A program made the position numbers and the translations under genes. This document shows, one piece after another, positions 11,967 through 64,000 of a DNA stretch of 64,000 bases. This stretch comes from Priapulus caudatus (lineage: Eukaryota), in contig NW_014577086.1 in the NCBI RefSeq assembly GCF_000485595.1, positions 440,046 to 504,045 of the forward strand, written 5' to 3'. The stretch's first letter is position 1. Each line of letters opens with the position of its first letter. The notes under the pieces are model-generated. The model saw only the letters and a program-made list of their open reading frames with translations. It was not told where the DNA came from and did not search any database.

Positions 11967-12177
11967 TTATTACCTCCGTGCAAACGGAGGTCATGCAATC
12001 GCTCGCGTGTGTGTGTGTGTTGCCACCGCGCGATCGATAGCACGGCGAGTCAGCAGCAGCCACCAGTGAGCGGCGAGTCAGCAGCAGGCGAGTCAGTCAG
12101 CAGCTGCCACCAGCGAGCACATACATGTTACATGCTCGCGGAGGTATGCACTCTCCGTGAGTGCCCTCTGTCTAGTT
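11967..12177 (+). mobile_element. Non-autonomous Helentron/DINE-1-like element
   Basis: 5' ttattacctccg with nearby inverted cggaggt, internal (gt)n, 3' subterminal cggaggta followed by hairpin gcactc-tccgt-gagtgc and ctagtt end. Confidence 0.65.
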
Positions 12178-13072
12178 TTACTATATTGTTCGATGTGAAC
12201 ATACACTCGTGACTCATACAGTGCAAAAAGCAATTAATGTCAGGAACACTATCAAATCGTCCAGGTTTTTTGGATTTTTAACTAGTTGAGAAACAATCTT
12301 ATCAGGTAAGAATTTGACGATACGTTTAGTCCCGTTAGTTCTTACTTTTAATGTAAAAAAAATGTCAACAAAAATTTGACAAATTTTACCATAGAAAATT
12401 CGTGACGTAGTCAATTTAAGCGCGGTATTCCCGTGCCTTAACGAGCTGGATTTACTCGTTACTTTTACGCGATAGCTGACATTAAAACAGACGATCGGAA
12501 AAAAGTTAACGGTGTGAGCAAGATTACGCTGCCGCGTGTCTGTAGAGCCTAGGTGTGATTGATTGATTTCTATAAATGGTAATCACCCCGGCTGATGGTG
12601 AAGGTGAATTCTGCAATCGTACAGTAATGTACGAAGTTTTTCATCGATACAGTCGGCTGTCTATTCTTTGCTCTCGATTTATAATTGATTAAGCTAGGCT
12701 CATTAGCAAATTGCCGACCGACCTGGCAAATTCGTCTAATTACGCAGTACGTCTAATTAAAAGTAAACGGCGACGCGCCGCCTCATCCTTGCAGCTGCGC
12801 CGCTACCGAAGCCTCTCTTCTTTCTATTCGACCAATGCAGCAGGACGCTCATCTCCCCTGCGCTGGACGCATCTATAGTAGTGACGGTTGCGTATTCGTG
12901 TCGCGGGAAGTCCCGGTAATAGCGACTCGTCGTATGGACTTCTAACCCCCGGTGCGGGTAGAATTCGCTGTACGCGAGTGACTGAGATAGTTTAAAGTAG
13001 AGAAGATTTCTCCGCGGTAGACGAGGCTGCCTGTAAGCGTGCGGGTGAGTTGTCTGACAGGACGTCGTCCCG

Positions 13073-63458
<50,386 letters not shown>

Positions 63459-64000
63459 GTATAGTAGTGTATACATGTAGTACGTATAGTAGAATGTATA
63501 ATAGTGTTGCACACCAACATGCCATTCCTAAACAGAGCGGTTGCTCCACGTAGCAGACGTTGTACAATATGGCGCGTGATTCTTATACAGAGCCTTTGCT
63601 TATAACGATGTTACGTGTTGCTCTTACTTTCGCTACGCTGGAGATTATTGATTACACCCACACGCACACCCACACACACACACGCACGCATCCACGCACG
63701 CACGCACGCACGCATATATAATATATATATATATTAACATATTATATATATATTATATTATATATATATATATATATATATTATCATATTGATATGGATT
63801 ACATATTGGTTACTCAGCTTAATCTCTAAAGATTCCTCTAGTTAGACCACGCTACAGAGGAAGTGGTACTATGTGCTTGCTTTGGGAAATGTCTGCGTTT
63901 GGTGACAATCCTTCCATCTTTCACATAGAATTAGAGAAAAGTACGCATCTGTAACAAACAAACAGAAAACGTCTGGCATACCGCACGCACAGATATCAAT

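Overview
Eukaryotic (animal, invertebrate-like) genomic DNA from a draft assembly, with N gaps and stretches of error-rich, long-read-like sequence. On the + strand it holds the last coding exon of BLOC1S1 (678-920), an intronless 8-finger C2H2 zinc-finger ORF (1296-2831), and an indel-riddled tandem second copy of that region (~4524-10960). From ~13073 to beyond the window end runs an outer-arm gamma-type axonemal dynein heavy chain gene (DNAH5/DNAH8 family); 70 exons could be threaded by hand with consistent splice phases. The dynein locus is structurally odd in three ways. Three tail exons sit out of order inside downstream introns. An ~8 kb, 14-exon block is present twice. The second copy carries a clean 892-bp inversion of two AAA1 exons. 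Assembly or haplotype artefact is the leading explanation for these and must be excluded. Introns contain Harbinger-like MITEs, Helentron-like elements, ultra-short 7-bp-TSD elements, splice-acceptor-derived repeats and many microsatellites. Homology statements are from memory of the families, not from database searches.
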